Of a DNA stretch of 64,000 nt, positions 55,870 to 64,000 are shown piece by piece; within the stretch, counting starts at the first letter, position 1; each line of letters starts with the position of its first letter. The stretch lies in IMG/VR virus record IMGVR_UViG_3300037484_000445, positions 32,001-96,000 of that record, one strand, 5' to 3'. Below the pieces are notes generated by a model. The model worked only from the letters and a program-made list of their open reading frames with translations. It searched no databases and was not told the origin of the DNA. The stretch comes from a virus (Duplodnaviria; Heunggongvirae; Uroviricota; Caudoviricetes). The translations under genes and the position numbers were made by a program.

Positions 55870-55887
55870 GGTGTACTACGCTGTATG
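55870..55887 (+). promoter_or_regulatory. GGTGTA-N9-ATG putative leaderless promoter of the methyltransferase
   Basis: GGTGTACTACGCTGT-ATG. Confidence 0.55.
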
Positions 55888-56922
55888 CCTTCGCCTAGCA
55901 CGGTTGGTCGAGGAAAAAAGGTAACCCTTTACGATCCTGGTTCTCGCATCAGCCACACAGATAACAGGGTGTCCCTGCATTTAGGGGACGCCCTGGATTT
56001 CTATGATCGTTGGGCGACCCCTACGGCTATCATTTCGGATGGAGCCTATGGTATCCTGGGTTTTGAGGGGGACACCTCGAGTTCTCAAGGGTTGGTCGAT
56101 TGGTATGAACCCCACGTACAGTGGTGGTCAAAGCGAGCGACTCCAAACACTACCTTGTGGTTCTGGAACTCCGAGATTGGGTGGGCTGCGACGCACGATC
56201 TCCTTGAGAGGTATGGCTGGCGCTACATCAATGCCAACATCTGGGACAAGGGAATTGGACATGTGGCCGGAAACGTTAACACGCAAAAGATTCGACGCTT
56301 TCCGGTGGTTACAGAGGTTTGTGTACAATACGTCTTCGAAGCTTCGGTTCGTGGGACGCCCTTGAAGCGTTGGCTTCGAGATGAATGGGTTCGGGCGGGG
56401 TTGGCTCTCAAGCGAGCCAATGAAGCTTGTGGGGTAAAGGATGCCGCGGTCAGGAAATACTTGGACCAAGGGCACCTTTGGTACATGCCGCCGACAGAGG
56501 CCATGATGAAGCTCAGTGCCTACGCCAATTACTACGGGGATGACCTAGGCAAGCCTTACTACTCCTTGGATCGTATCAAACCCGTCACAGAGGCCCAGTG
56601 GACGCGAATGAGGGCCAAGTTTCAGTGCCCTCATGGAGTGACCAACTGCTGGCATCGCCCGACCCTAAGGGGTGTCGAGAGGGTTAAGATCGAAGGTAAG
56701 CCAATTCATTTGAACCAGAAGCCGTTGGACCTAATGGCCCTGATCATCAACGCTTCTACGGATGTGAAGGACGTGGTGTGGGAGCCTTTTGGGGGACTTT
56801 TTAGTGGGTGCCTTGCCGCTGCCCAGTTGGGTCGTAAGGGCTTGGGTACGGAAATTGACCCAACTTACTTTGAGTTCGGGTGCCGGCGCTGTGAGTCCGA
56901 GCTCCCTAGATTACCCCTCTAG
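55885..56922 (+). CDS. beta-class N4-C/N6-A DNA methyltransferase (orphan)
   Basis: GDAL, motif IV variant SDGAYG, IWDKG, H.NQKP..L, motif I WEPFGG..SG, GR...G.EID. Confidence 0.85.
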   Translation: MPSPSTVGRGKKVTLYDPGSRISHTDNRVSLHLGDALDFYDRWATPTAIISDGAYGILGFEGDTSSSQGLVDWYEPHVQWWSKRATPNTTLWFWNSEIGWAATHDLLERYGWRYINANIWDKGIGHVAGNVNTQKIRRFPVVTEVCVQYVFEASVRGTPLKRWLRDEWVRAGLALKRANEACGVKDAAVRKYLDQGHLWYMPPTEAMMKLSAYANYYGDDLGKPYYSLDRIKPVTEAQWTRMRAKFQCPHGVTNCWHRPTLRGVERVKIEGKPIHLNQKPLDLMALIINASTDVKDVVWEPFGGLFSGCLAAAQLGRKGLGTEIDPTYFEFGCRRCESELPRLPL

Positions 56923-56960
56923 TCTACTTATGGGCCTTCTTCGAGTGAACCTCGGAGAAA

Positions 56961-59102
56961 TTGGCCCCTATGTCCGGACAAGATAGCGGTAGCCCTCAAA
57001 CCCCAAAAACGGCCGGGGCGACACTCTACCTTATGGAAGAACTTGGGGACGCCCGGTTGAGGTGTGACCAGCTCACTCGGTACATTGCCGAGGCAGTCAA
57101 GCTCATCAACAAGTCCGATCATAGGGATCACTTCTTTGAAGTGGCAGGACATCTGCTTCAAGGGATCCCTGAGACGGCCTTTAAGCTTCAAAAAGCTCTT
57201 CAGGCGGTAGCCCTTGCTGCAGACCGCATTGACTACGAGGAGCTCAAGCTTGAGTTGCGCCCTGAAAAGGTCGAAGAGCTAGAAAAGGTCCTCAAAGAGG
57301 TTAGGATTCATCAGGTCCAACATCGTTCGGAGACTCCCATGACGCCAAAGCAAGTAGCCACACAGTTACGAACTCTCGCCAAGACTGCCCGTGAAGAAGG
57401 CTGTCTTCCCATTCACGAAATTGCCGCCCTTGTGGGTAAACTTGATACTAACCGTGTGGCTGGGGCGCCCGTATCGGCTGCTGATGCTTTGGACAAAATC
57501 GCTGAGTCTTTGGAGACTGCTAAGGACAAGCCCAGTCGCATTCAGTTAGCTAACCTGCTTTCTAGGGTGGCTATGGAGTCCGACTTCGACGAACTGGTAC
57601 GTCTCTCCAGCAAGGGTCTGATGAGTCAATTGGACCAGCTCTCAAGCGTCGAAGAGGTCAAAGAAAAGTTCAAGGCCGAGAACCCGAACATCTCGGACGC
57701 CGACTTAGATGAGATTGCCAAGCAGTGGAAGGCTAACAAGGACGTCGTCAAGGACAAGCATTCGGCATCATTTTTGACGCCGAAGGAAACCCTGACCCTA
57801 AACTTTGATGAGATCAAAGTTCTAGCCCTCAAGGCTTTGCAGGCGGCGAAGAGTGAGCGTTGGAAGCCTGCTTTACACAGTATCTACTTCTTGGTCGATA
57901 CTATCGGGACTCTTCTGGTTAACATGGGTTCTATGGACACGGTCAAGGTGGAAGCTTTGAAGCGGGAGATACGAGAACTTCTCCCAAGAGCTGAGGAGAG
58001 CGTTTCAAACATGCAAGTAGCACCTGCTGTTGTGACGGCTTCGACTGATAAGCTTGAACGTCTCGTTTCGAATATCGAGGAACAAGCTAAGGAGATGCGT
58101 CATGCTTTGGATACGTACAATAGGGATCCGGGTAGGTATGCTCCACAACTAAAGAATCTCAGGGATGCTGGATGGTCTATCGCTACATCCCTTCGAGTGT
58201 TGGACCGTGTTCTACCTGATATGATGAAGATGGCTTCGGACAAGGATCCAGTCATTTTCATCGCTCGAAATACCCTTGCAGAGCTAACCACACAACTAGA
58301 ACACGACCTCAAGGGTGATAAGGATTGGCACGATAATATTGTCGATGCTGCCGAAAGAACCTTGAAGGCCAATGTCCTTCAAGAGCGAGCCAACAATCTT
58401 CTGCAGAGAGTCGCGGCTTCTATTCTTTGGCTGTACACAGATGACGATGGTAAGGACTTTTACCTGTCCACCAGACGCCGCGGTACCATTCGATCGCCCT
58501 ACACTGGTAAGGCTTTTACGGCCGACGCTAAGAGGGCCACCATGGGAGAAGTTGGCAAGGAGCTCAAGGAGGATGAAGTCAAGATTAAGGGTTCCTTGTG
58601 GAAGTACGTTGACGGAGATGACAACGAATTTTACCTTCCTGAGCGCCTCACAACGACTTTACGGTCTCCAACCACAGGCAAGACTTTCAAGCCCAAGGCT
58701 GAGCGATTCACGTTGAGTGAAGTCGGTAAGAATCTCCGAGAAGAGGGTAAGAAGGCATCATCTGAAGATGACGCCAAGCGTTCTCGTTTCGAGGAAGGAA
58801 AGCCAGCGGATCCCACAGAAAACATGGATCCTGAGGACGCCAAGAAGTGGAAGTCCAATACGGACGAGTACGGTGACAAGTTCAAGAGCGCCGCTAAGGG
58901 TGATCCCTACTGGATGAAGGCAAAAAACCCCGGAAAAGCTCAAGACGGGACGCCTTTTAAGAAGGGTGAGGACATCTTCTACTACCCACGCACTAAGACC
59001 ATCCTCGTTGGAGATAAGGCCGATAAGGCCTCACGTGAGTTTGACTCAGCCGCTGACGATGAACGAACAGCCTCCGCAGACATCTTGGCCTGGAAAGCCT
59101 AA
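56961..59102 (+). CDS. modular putative internal head polyprotein
   Basis: 713 aa of short modules separated by KTAG, KTAR, RVAG, HSAS, VTAS, KMAS, RVAA, KKAS, KSAA, RTAS; internal 50-aa duplication. Confidence 0.7.
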   Translation: MAPMSGQDSGSPQTPKTAGATLYLMEELGDARLRCDQLTRYIAEAVKLINKSDHRDHFFEVAGHLLQGIPETAFKLQKALQAVALAADRIDYEELKLELRPEKVEELEKVLKEVRIHQVQHRSETPMTPKQVATQLRTLAKTAREEGCLPIHEIAALVGKLDTNRVAGAPVSAADALDKIAESLETAKDKPSRIQLANLLSRVAMESDFDELVRLSSKGLMSQLDQLSSVEEVKEKFKAENPNISDADLDEIAKQWKANKDVVKDKHSASFLTPKETLTLNFDEIKVLALKALQAAKSERWKPALHSIYFLVDTIGTLLVNMGSMDTVKVEALKREIRELLPRAEESVSNMQVAPAVVTASTDKLERLVSNIEEQAKEMRHALDTYNRDPGRYAPQLKNLRDAGWSIATSLRVLDRVLPDMMKMASDKDPVIFIARNTLAELTTQLEHDLKGDKDWHDNIVDAAERTLKANVLQERANNLLQRVAASILWLYTDDDGKDFYLSTRRRGTIRSPYTGKAFTADAKRATMGEVGKELKEDEVKIKGSLWKYVDGDDNEFYLPERLTTTLRSPTTGKTFKPKAERFTLSEVGKNLREEGKKASSEDDAKRSRFEEGKPADPTENMDPEDAKKWKSNTDEYGDKFKSAAKGDPYWMKAKNPGKAQDGTPFKKGEDIFYYPRTKTILVGDKADKASREFDSAADDERTASADILAWKA

Positions 59103-60283
59103 TGGGTTCACCTCTTGTATCCCGTCCGCCCTATGGAGAGGGCACCGCGAGGACCCCTAGGGCTGTGGCCGAACTACCCTCTGGGGGTCCTACGGATAAG
59201 GGTATACCTCTTGACTCGGGGATCCCGGGGGCAGCCACGTACTCCAAGCCTGAGGATGATATTCGCAGGCCCCAAATCACGGACACGTCCCCCAGGCGTA
59301 TTGACGGCCCGGATGACATGTTGAAGGACCGTGATCGTATTGAGGTACGAGAGGACAGTGCGGACTCGAGTACGAGCTACAACGGTTTGGGTAAACCAGA
59401 TCCCCCAAACAAGACCAAGTACCCCTACCGGGATGAGATTCCTAATGCACACAATGCCGCTTTTTTGGCTGAGCTGTGGAAGTTGGAGGGATCTCGAGTA
59501 GCCGTAATCAACGGTTCGATCCAGGTCAAGATAGCCTCCAATGTTGAAGAGATCTTGACGGGTCTCGATCAGAAGTTTCAGGAACGAGCCAAGAAATGCT
59601 CAGCTCAAGTCAAGCGTGCTGACATCAAGAATCTTCGTTGGATTTTCAGTGTGGATTGTGGACATGGCCCTAAGGCGGTCAAGGTTCGAGCCATTCCGAA
59701 GGGGCGTAGCAAGAAGTTCTCAACTCTTGATTTGGAGCTTTCCTGTTCGTGTCCTGCCTGGCAATGGTTAGGACCTGAGTTCCACGCCAAGAGCGAGAAG
59801 TTCATGCTGAAGCCTCAAAATGGCACAGCCTCGACTCCCGATATCCGGGATCCTGAACGGGATAATCGCGTCTGTAAACATGTGGCAGCAGCTTTAGCTA
59901 TCACTAAGCATTGGGAGATCCCCAAGGTCAAAATGCAGAAGGCCGTGAAGAAGGCCATGCGAGTACGTAGGGCTGTGCGGGCTGCTATGGATAGGCGTGC
60001 CATTCAGCTTCTTTGGGCCACTGAAGCCCTCAATCCCGACAATTGGCAGGAGGGGCTCAGGATGGATTGGGCCACGCCAGATGGGCTAGTAACGGCCTAC
60101 ATTCGGGCCCGGGGTGATGTGGCGGATTACGCAGAATTTCAATTCCGGAGAGAGGGTACTTCGTGGCCTAAACTCTGGAACAAGACTCGCGACCTAGTTG
60201 GAGCCTTAGGTCGTTTAGGTGTTACCCAAAAGTGGGCTTCTGTGCCACCTAAGGTGCAAATCTGGCTCCAAGAGAAAATGTAA
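59102..60283 (+). CDS. SWIM zinc-finger protein
   Basis: SCSCPAW ... VCKH (CxC-xn-CxH) after a disordered N-terminus ending in KIAS. Confidence 0.7.
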   Translation: MGSPLVSRPPYGEGTARTPRAVAELPSGGPTDKGIPLDSGIPGAATYSKPEDDIRRPQITDTSPRRIDGPDDMLKDRDRIEVREDSADSSTSYNGLGKPDPPNKTKYPYRDEIPNAHNAAFLAELWKLEGSRVAVINGSIQVKIASNVEEILTGLDQKFQERAKKCSAQVKRADIKNLRWIFSVDCGHGPKAVKVRAIPKGRSKKFSTLDLELSCSCPAWQWLGPEFHAKSEKFMLKPQNGTASTPDIRDPERDNRVCKHVAAALAITKHWEIPKVKMQKAVKKAMRVRRAVRAAMDRRAIQLLWATEALNPDNWQEGLRMDWATPDGLVTAYIRARGDVADYAEFQFRREGTSWPKLWNKTRDLVGALGRLGVTQKWASVPPKVQIWLQEKM

Positions 60284-60285
60284 AA

Positions 60286-60696
60286 ATGCCTACATATACC
60301 TTCAGAAAACCGTCAGATGGGACTCAGATCAGCAAGCGCTTGACCTTTACGGAGTACGAGTCTGTTAAGTCCGGTGAGAACGTGATCGAGGATGAGACTG
60401 GCGAAGCCCTTGAGATTGTTTTCAATCCAGGCCAAGTGGGTTTCGTGATGAAGGATGGGGAATCGGGAGGGTGGACTTCTAAGGCCGATAAGGAAAATCG
60501 GTTTCGTCAGGTACGAAGCGCCCAGATGGCTAGGCGGGAAAAAGACCATGTCTTCAAGTCTCGTTTGGTCCCGAACTATAAGGGTCAGGAAGCCCACTGT
60601 TGGGCTGATGTCCAAGACCATGTTCGAAGCACACAAGGTGTTGCGGCAGCTCAGACATATAGCTCTCACGTTGCAAAAGAACGGAGCAACTCGTGA
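60286..60696 (+). CDS. FmdB-like protein lacking the zinc-ribbon cysteines
   Basis: MPTYTFR start and F..K...GGW pattern of the FmdB family, with no CxxC. Confidence 0.5.
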   Translation: MPTYTFRKPSDGTQISKRLTFTEYESVKSGENVIEDETGEALEIVFNPGQVGFVMKDGESGGWTSKADKENRFRQVRSAQMARREKDHVFKSRLVPNYKGQEAHCWADVQDHVRSTQGVAAAQTYSSHVAKERSNS

Positions 60697-61346
60697 TTAC
60701 CAGGGATTTCAACGTCATTCGGCGACGCCCCCACATCGTAGATATTCTCACTCGGAAGCGGGTGGGCGTTCAGGGGTATCGTTTGGAAGCGGCCACCAAT
60801 TTTGACGCCGTTTTCACACCCATTATCACGGCAGACATCTCGTCGGGATATTTGGACCCTGCCATTAACCCCAACGTTTTGCATACCGTGCCGAATCAAG
60901 ACCAAATTCGGATCGTCTTCAATCCCCACACTTTCACTGGTGTTGCGGGTATTACGGACGACAACCACTTTTGGCTTAGGTTCGTGCCGATCGACTTTGC
61001 AGGGGCCCCAGGAACTCCTGGTAATCCAGCCTTAGTCATCACGGACTATGAACACTATGGCATGAGTCGTGTGCTCATTGCCGGAGATGTCCCCCAAGCC
61101 GCATCAGTGGCGGGTTCCTTGCAATTGGACCTACCCTTTACGTCACAGGACCTTTACATCAAGAACGAGGATCCTACAGGGGGTCAAGACCTGTACTTGG
61201 CTTCACTGCCTGGTGGTGCTGAGCAGCAGATCAGCCCTCAAGAGGTATTGACCATGTTCTTCGGACCCTTGGATTCCCTTATTGTTCGTGGGGCCGGTGG
61301 GACTACTCGTTTTTCCGCTTCGTTCACTAACTATCTACCGATCTGA
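60693..61346 (+). CDS. probable virion structural protein (beta-rich)
   Basis: 217 aa, G/P/T-rich, GTGA-coupled. Confidence 0.6.
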   Translation: MITRDFNVIRRRPHIVDILTRKRVGVQGYRLEAATNFDAVFTPIITADISSGYLDPAINPNVLHTVPNQDQIRIVFNPHTFTGVAGITDDNHFWLRFVPIDFAGAPGTPGNPALVITDYEHYGMSRVLIAGDVPQAASVAGSLQLDLPFTSQDLYIKNEDPTGGQDLYLASLPGGAEQQISPQEVLTMFFGPLDSLIVRGAGGTTRFSASFTNYLPI

Positions 61347-61403
61347 GGCTCTACTAAGTACTGAGGTTTCTTTTATTGCTTCGGATCCACTGAGGAGTAT
61401 CGC

Positions 61404-62297
61404 ATGCTGAGGCTAATTCACAACCAGGTAGGACAGGGCCGCATCCTTGTCGACGATATCGACGATGGTCTGCCAAACAAGGCTAATCACCGTCTTGGCA
61501 GTGAGGGTGACCCGAAGGCTTACAAGCGTGATGGTTACGCGAATGAGCCTAAGCAACCTTGCTACATCCCACGGACAAAGCTCAATGAGCCGGCTATTGC
61601 CGGGTATATTGACCTCCGTGAGACCCAGCGGGTTCTTCTTTCGGCTGGGAAGGGCAAGATCTACAAGCTTCAGCAAGCTGGCCTCATCACGGTGGTTTCC
61701 CTGTTGCCCACGGATTTGGCAACTCCTGTCGTGGCTACCGCGACTCTGGGCACTCCTGGTGCTGGAGACCTTACCTTAAGTGGTACGGGCTTCCTTTCAG
61801 TACTTCCAGACATCAGCACTGTGACCCTAAGTGGCGCTGGTGTTGGCAGCGTAACGCTCACGAGAACACAAATTCTCGCAGGAGCAGGCGGTGCCTTTAC
61901 TGGTACTTCCATCGTCATCGATACCCTTCTAGCCCCTGGCCTAGCTGATGGGGATACCATCACTGTTCGAGCCGATGGGCGAACGAGTAACACGTTCATC
62001 CTGCGAGCCAGCCCGATTATTACGGGTGACACTTTGGGAGCTCCAGGAGCCGGCGACGTAACGTTGGCTGGTACGAGCTTCTTGTCGGATGACGGTTCTG
62101 CTAACACGGTCACCTTTGCGGGTGCCGGTGTTGGTAGTGTCACTCTTACGAGGGCTCAAGTTCTGGCCGGAGCTGGTGGTGTGTTCACAGACACGGCCAT
62201 CGTGGTCGACACTTTGCTGGTCCCTGGCCTTCTCGCCAACGATACAGCAACTGTTCTAGCCAATGCTCATACGAGCAACACTTTCACCCTTGTGTAA
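61404..62297 (+). CDS. virion protein with two tandem IPT/TIG-like domains
   Basis: About 95-aa duplication (LG.PGAGD.TL.GT.FLS...GAGVGSVTLTR.Q.LAGAGG.FT...DTLL.PGL...SNTF); GAGGAG RBS. Confidence 0.72.
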   Translation: MLRLIHNQVGQGRILVDDIDDGLPNKANHRLGSEGDPKAYKRDGYANEPKQPCYIPRTKLNEPAIAGYIDLRETQRVLLSAGKGKIYKLQQAGLITVVSLLPTDLATPVVATATLGTPGAGDLTLSGTGFLSVLPDISTVTLSGAGVGSVTLTRTQILAGAGGAFTGTSIVIDTLLAPGLADGDTITVRADGRTSNTFILRASPIITGDTLGAPGAGDVTLAGTSFLSDDGSANTVTFAGAGVGSVTLTRAQVLAGAGGVFTDTAIVVDTLLVPGLLANDTATVLANAHTSNTFTLV

Positions 62298-62307
62298 GTA
62301 ACGTGAC

Positions 62308-62667
62308 GTGGCGTTTACCCTACTCCCAGAGATCGTTCGAGTCGAAGGCACCAGCTTCTATCGCACAGACAGAAGGTGGCAGCCCAAAGACCTCATTCCG
62401 GATCCGTACCGGAGGAACCTTCTCAAGGATGCCCAGGGGCGCCTCAATCGGTTGGAAGAGGCGGTCGACGAATTTCAGCAGCTCGATCGGGCGCCTCTTT
62501 ACATCAAGCTCCTCGCTCGTATGCGGCTTTACGTTAAGAGGGCTCAGTTTGCTTGGCGTACTGATGACCTCGAATTTCTCAAGCAAATCGCCAAGTTTTT
62601 CACTGATTATGGGCTTGTCCTTCAGAACTTGAAAATCGATCAGGCACGAGGACGGCTTGCAGTCTGA
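62308..62667 (+). CDS. hypothetical helical protein
   Basis: 119-aa ORF filling the gap between structural genes. Confidence 0.55.
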   Translation: MAFTLLPEIVRVEGTSFYRTDRRWQPKDLIPDPYRRNLLKDAQGRLNRLEEAVDEFQQLDRAPLYIKLLARMRLYVKRAQFAWRTDDLEFLKQIAKFFTDYGLVLQNLKIDQARGRLAV

Positions 62668-62682
62668 TTAGGAGTCCTAACC

Positions 62683-63804
62683 ATGCGTATCGGAGTCATT
62701 CGTGGCGATCTTCCAGGCCCAATCCACCTTCAAGACTTGGAGGTAGTCTCTCAATACAACCCGACCACGGAACCTCGTGGCCAGGAACGCTACATCGGCC
62801 GTCCAACGACGGTAGAACTCGAAGCGGTTCTTGCCAACGCTGTTTTTGGTGCAGGTGCAACCATTGAGGGTTCAGATATCGTAGGATCGTTCCCCCTTAC
62901 GATCACGCTTGGTGCCGACGACACCCTACAGGTTCGCACATCAGCCACGGCTTCGTACACTACCGTCGTTATTGCGGCGGCTGTTTATGCAACCTTCGCA
63001 ACCTTCTTGGTAGCTGTCAATGCGGCTTTGAATGGTACGGGAGTTGTTGCCCGGCAGGGAACTGGTTCGGGGACGAGGCTCGCCCTCGAGTCTTTGACCC
63101 GAGGTGTTGGTTCGTATCTTGGCGTCGCTGCGGCAGCCACTTCCACCTTCAATACCCCGGCGGGTTTTGGGGCTCTGGCTTTGGTCAGGACTATGCCGTC
63201 AGCAGCCGCTTTCATTTTGGCATTGAACCCTGTTGCCGGCGTTCTTGACGTCTCGACGGCGACCATCAATGGTGTTGGAGCTACAACCAATGCCAACGCC
63301 ATCGGGCTCATTCCAGCGGCTCGTGGCACGACTACGGCCATAGCCGAAGCCATCGCTCCAAGGATTGTCGAGACCTATACGGCTATCGACAGTTTCTTGG
63401 TCGGCATGATCTCGGAATACCGTAGTGCAAGCTACAATCCGGATTCCCGCCGTGGCTTGACCAACGGGGCAGCTATCTCCGTGGTTCAGGATGATGGTGT
63501 GACGCCTTATGCCCCAACATTGCCAGTGTTGACAACGGCCGACTTCAACACCCCTGTGCCAGGATCTATGACCATAACAGGTACTGGCTTGGGCACGTAC
63601 GAGAGCAAGGACACTGTGGTCAAGGTTGTTGGACCTACGATCAACAAGACTTTGGCTCAAAGTACCATCGAAGCCGCTGGCGGTACCATTGCTGATACCA
63701 CAATTGTGATACCGGCTTCGTTGCTCACTGGGGCAACACTGACGACCTCTACGGCCAGAGTCAAGGTTCGACAGCGTGTCTCTAGCGCTGTTGCCTTGAC
63801 CTAA
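62683..63804 (+). CDS. virion structural protein with C-terminal IPT/TIG-like domain
   Basis: A/G/T-rich; the C-terminal domain resembles the 61404 repeats (TITGTG, AAGG.I.DT.IVI); AGGAG RBS. Confidence 0.68.
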   Translation: MRIGVIRGDLPGPIHLQDLEVVSQYNPTTEPRGQERYIGRPTTVELEAVLANAVFGAGATIEGSDIVGSFPLTITLGADDTLQVRTSATASYTTVVIAAAVYATFATFLVAVNAALNGTGVVARQGTGSGTRLALESLTRGVGSYLGVAAAATSTFNTPAGFGALALVRTMPSAAAFILALNPVAGVLDVSTATINGVGATTNANAIGLIPAARGTTTAIAEAIAPRIVETYTAIDSFLVGMISEYRSASYNPDSRRGLTNGAAISVVQDDGVTPYAPTLPVLTTADFNTPVPGSMTITGTGLGTYESKDTVVKVVGPTINKTLAQSTIEAAGGTIADTTIVIPASLLTGATLTTSTARVKVRQRVSSAVALT

Positions 63805-63841
63805 GCTTAGGTCACGTTAGGGGGCCCTATTGTGGGCCCCC
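63797..63841. promoter_or_regulatory. perfect 18-bp palindrome over the stop codon plus a GC hairpin
   Basis: TGACCTAAGCTTAGGTCA (63797-63814); GGGGGCCC-tattgt-GGGCCCCC (63820-63841). Confidence 0.55.
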
Positions 63842-63920
63842 AGATGAACATCAAAACCCAGATCTACAGATCAGACTCAGAACTTTACGGCTCCTTCGGG
63901 GGTCGAGATTGGGATGCGAT

Positions 63921-64000
63921 ATGAAGAATGAAAACGAGTTCCGGACGTCGGATCTCTATTTTGCAGCGTATCTGCAAGTAGCTGGTGTTGCGATGGTTCG
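63921..64000 (+). CDS. DUF5659-like small protein, 3'-truncated by the window
   Basis: MKNENEFRTSDLYFAAYL... (F.T.DL..AA.L pattern). Confidence 0.5.
   Translation, partial: MKNENEFRTSDLYFAAYLQVAGVAMV

Overview
This window is part of a large tailed dsDNA (jumbo-like) phage genome, not a cellular chromosome. Genes are densely packed, use the standard genetic code, and all but one credible gene lie on the + strand. The left half (about 0.4-31.3 kb) is a replication, recombination and nucleotide-metabolism module: GroEL, clamp-loader delta', delta and DnaX, a beta-clamp-like protein, class II RNR, NAD+ ligase, ThyX, RecD2, an SSB-like protein, RuvC-like resolvase, RecA, Mre11 with a Rad50 split over two genes, a PD-(D/E)xK nuclease, a primase core, a NusG-5'-3' exonuclease fusion and a double-HTH sigma-like protein. 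The right half (about 31.4-64 kb) is head morphogenesis: TerS/TerL, three tandem decoration-like paralogs, portal, prohead protease, Q-rich scaffold, decoration protein, HK97-type major capsid protein, many putative internal head proteins and Ig-like virion proteins. UDG, a Tad2-like gene and a DNA methyltransferase are interspersed there. The most notable patterns are: (1) a recurrent [K/R/V]-x-A-[S/A] motif and an (L/I)(V/I)xR(Y/F)xxA helix shared by otherwise unrelated late proteins, suggesting a capsid-loading tag plus protease-processed polyprotein cargo; (2) the NusG-FEN fusion; (3) a degenerate capsid-protein paralog among the replication genes; (4) the split Rad50; (5) two candidate phage promoter classes, GGTGTA-N9/10-ATG (leaderless) and YTTAT-N10-13-NTGA (late). 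All calls come from reading motifs by eye; no database search was run.
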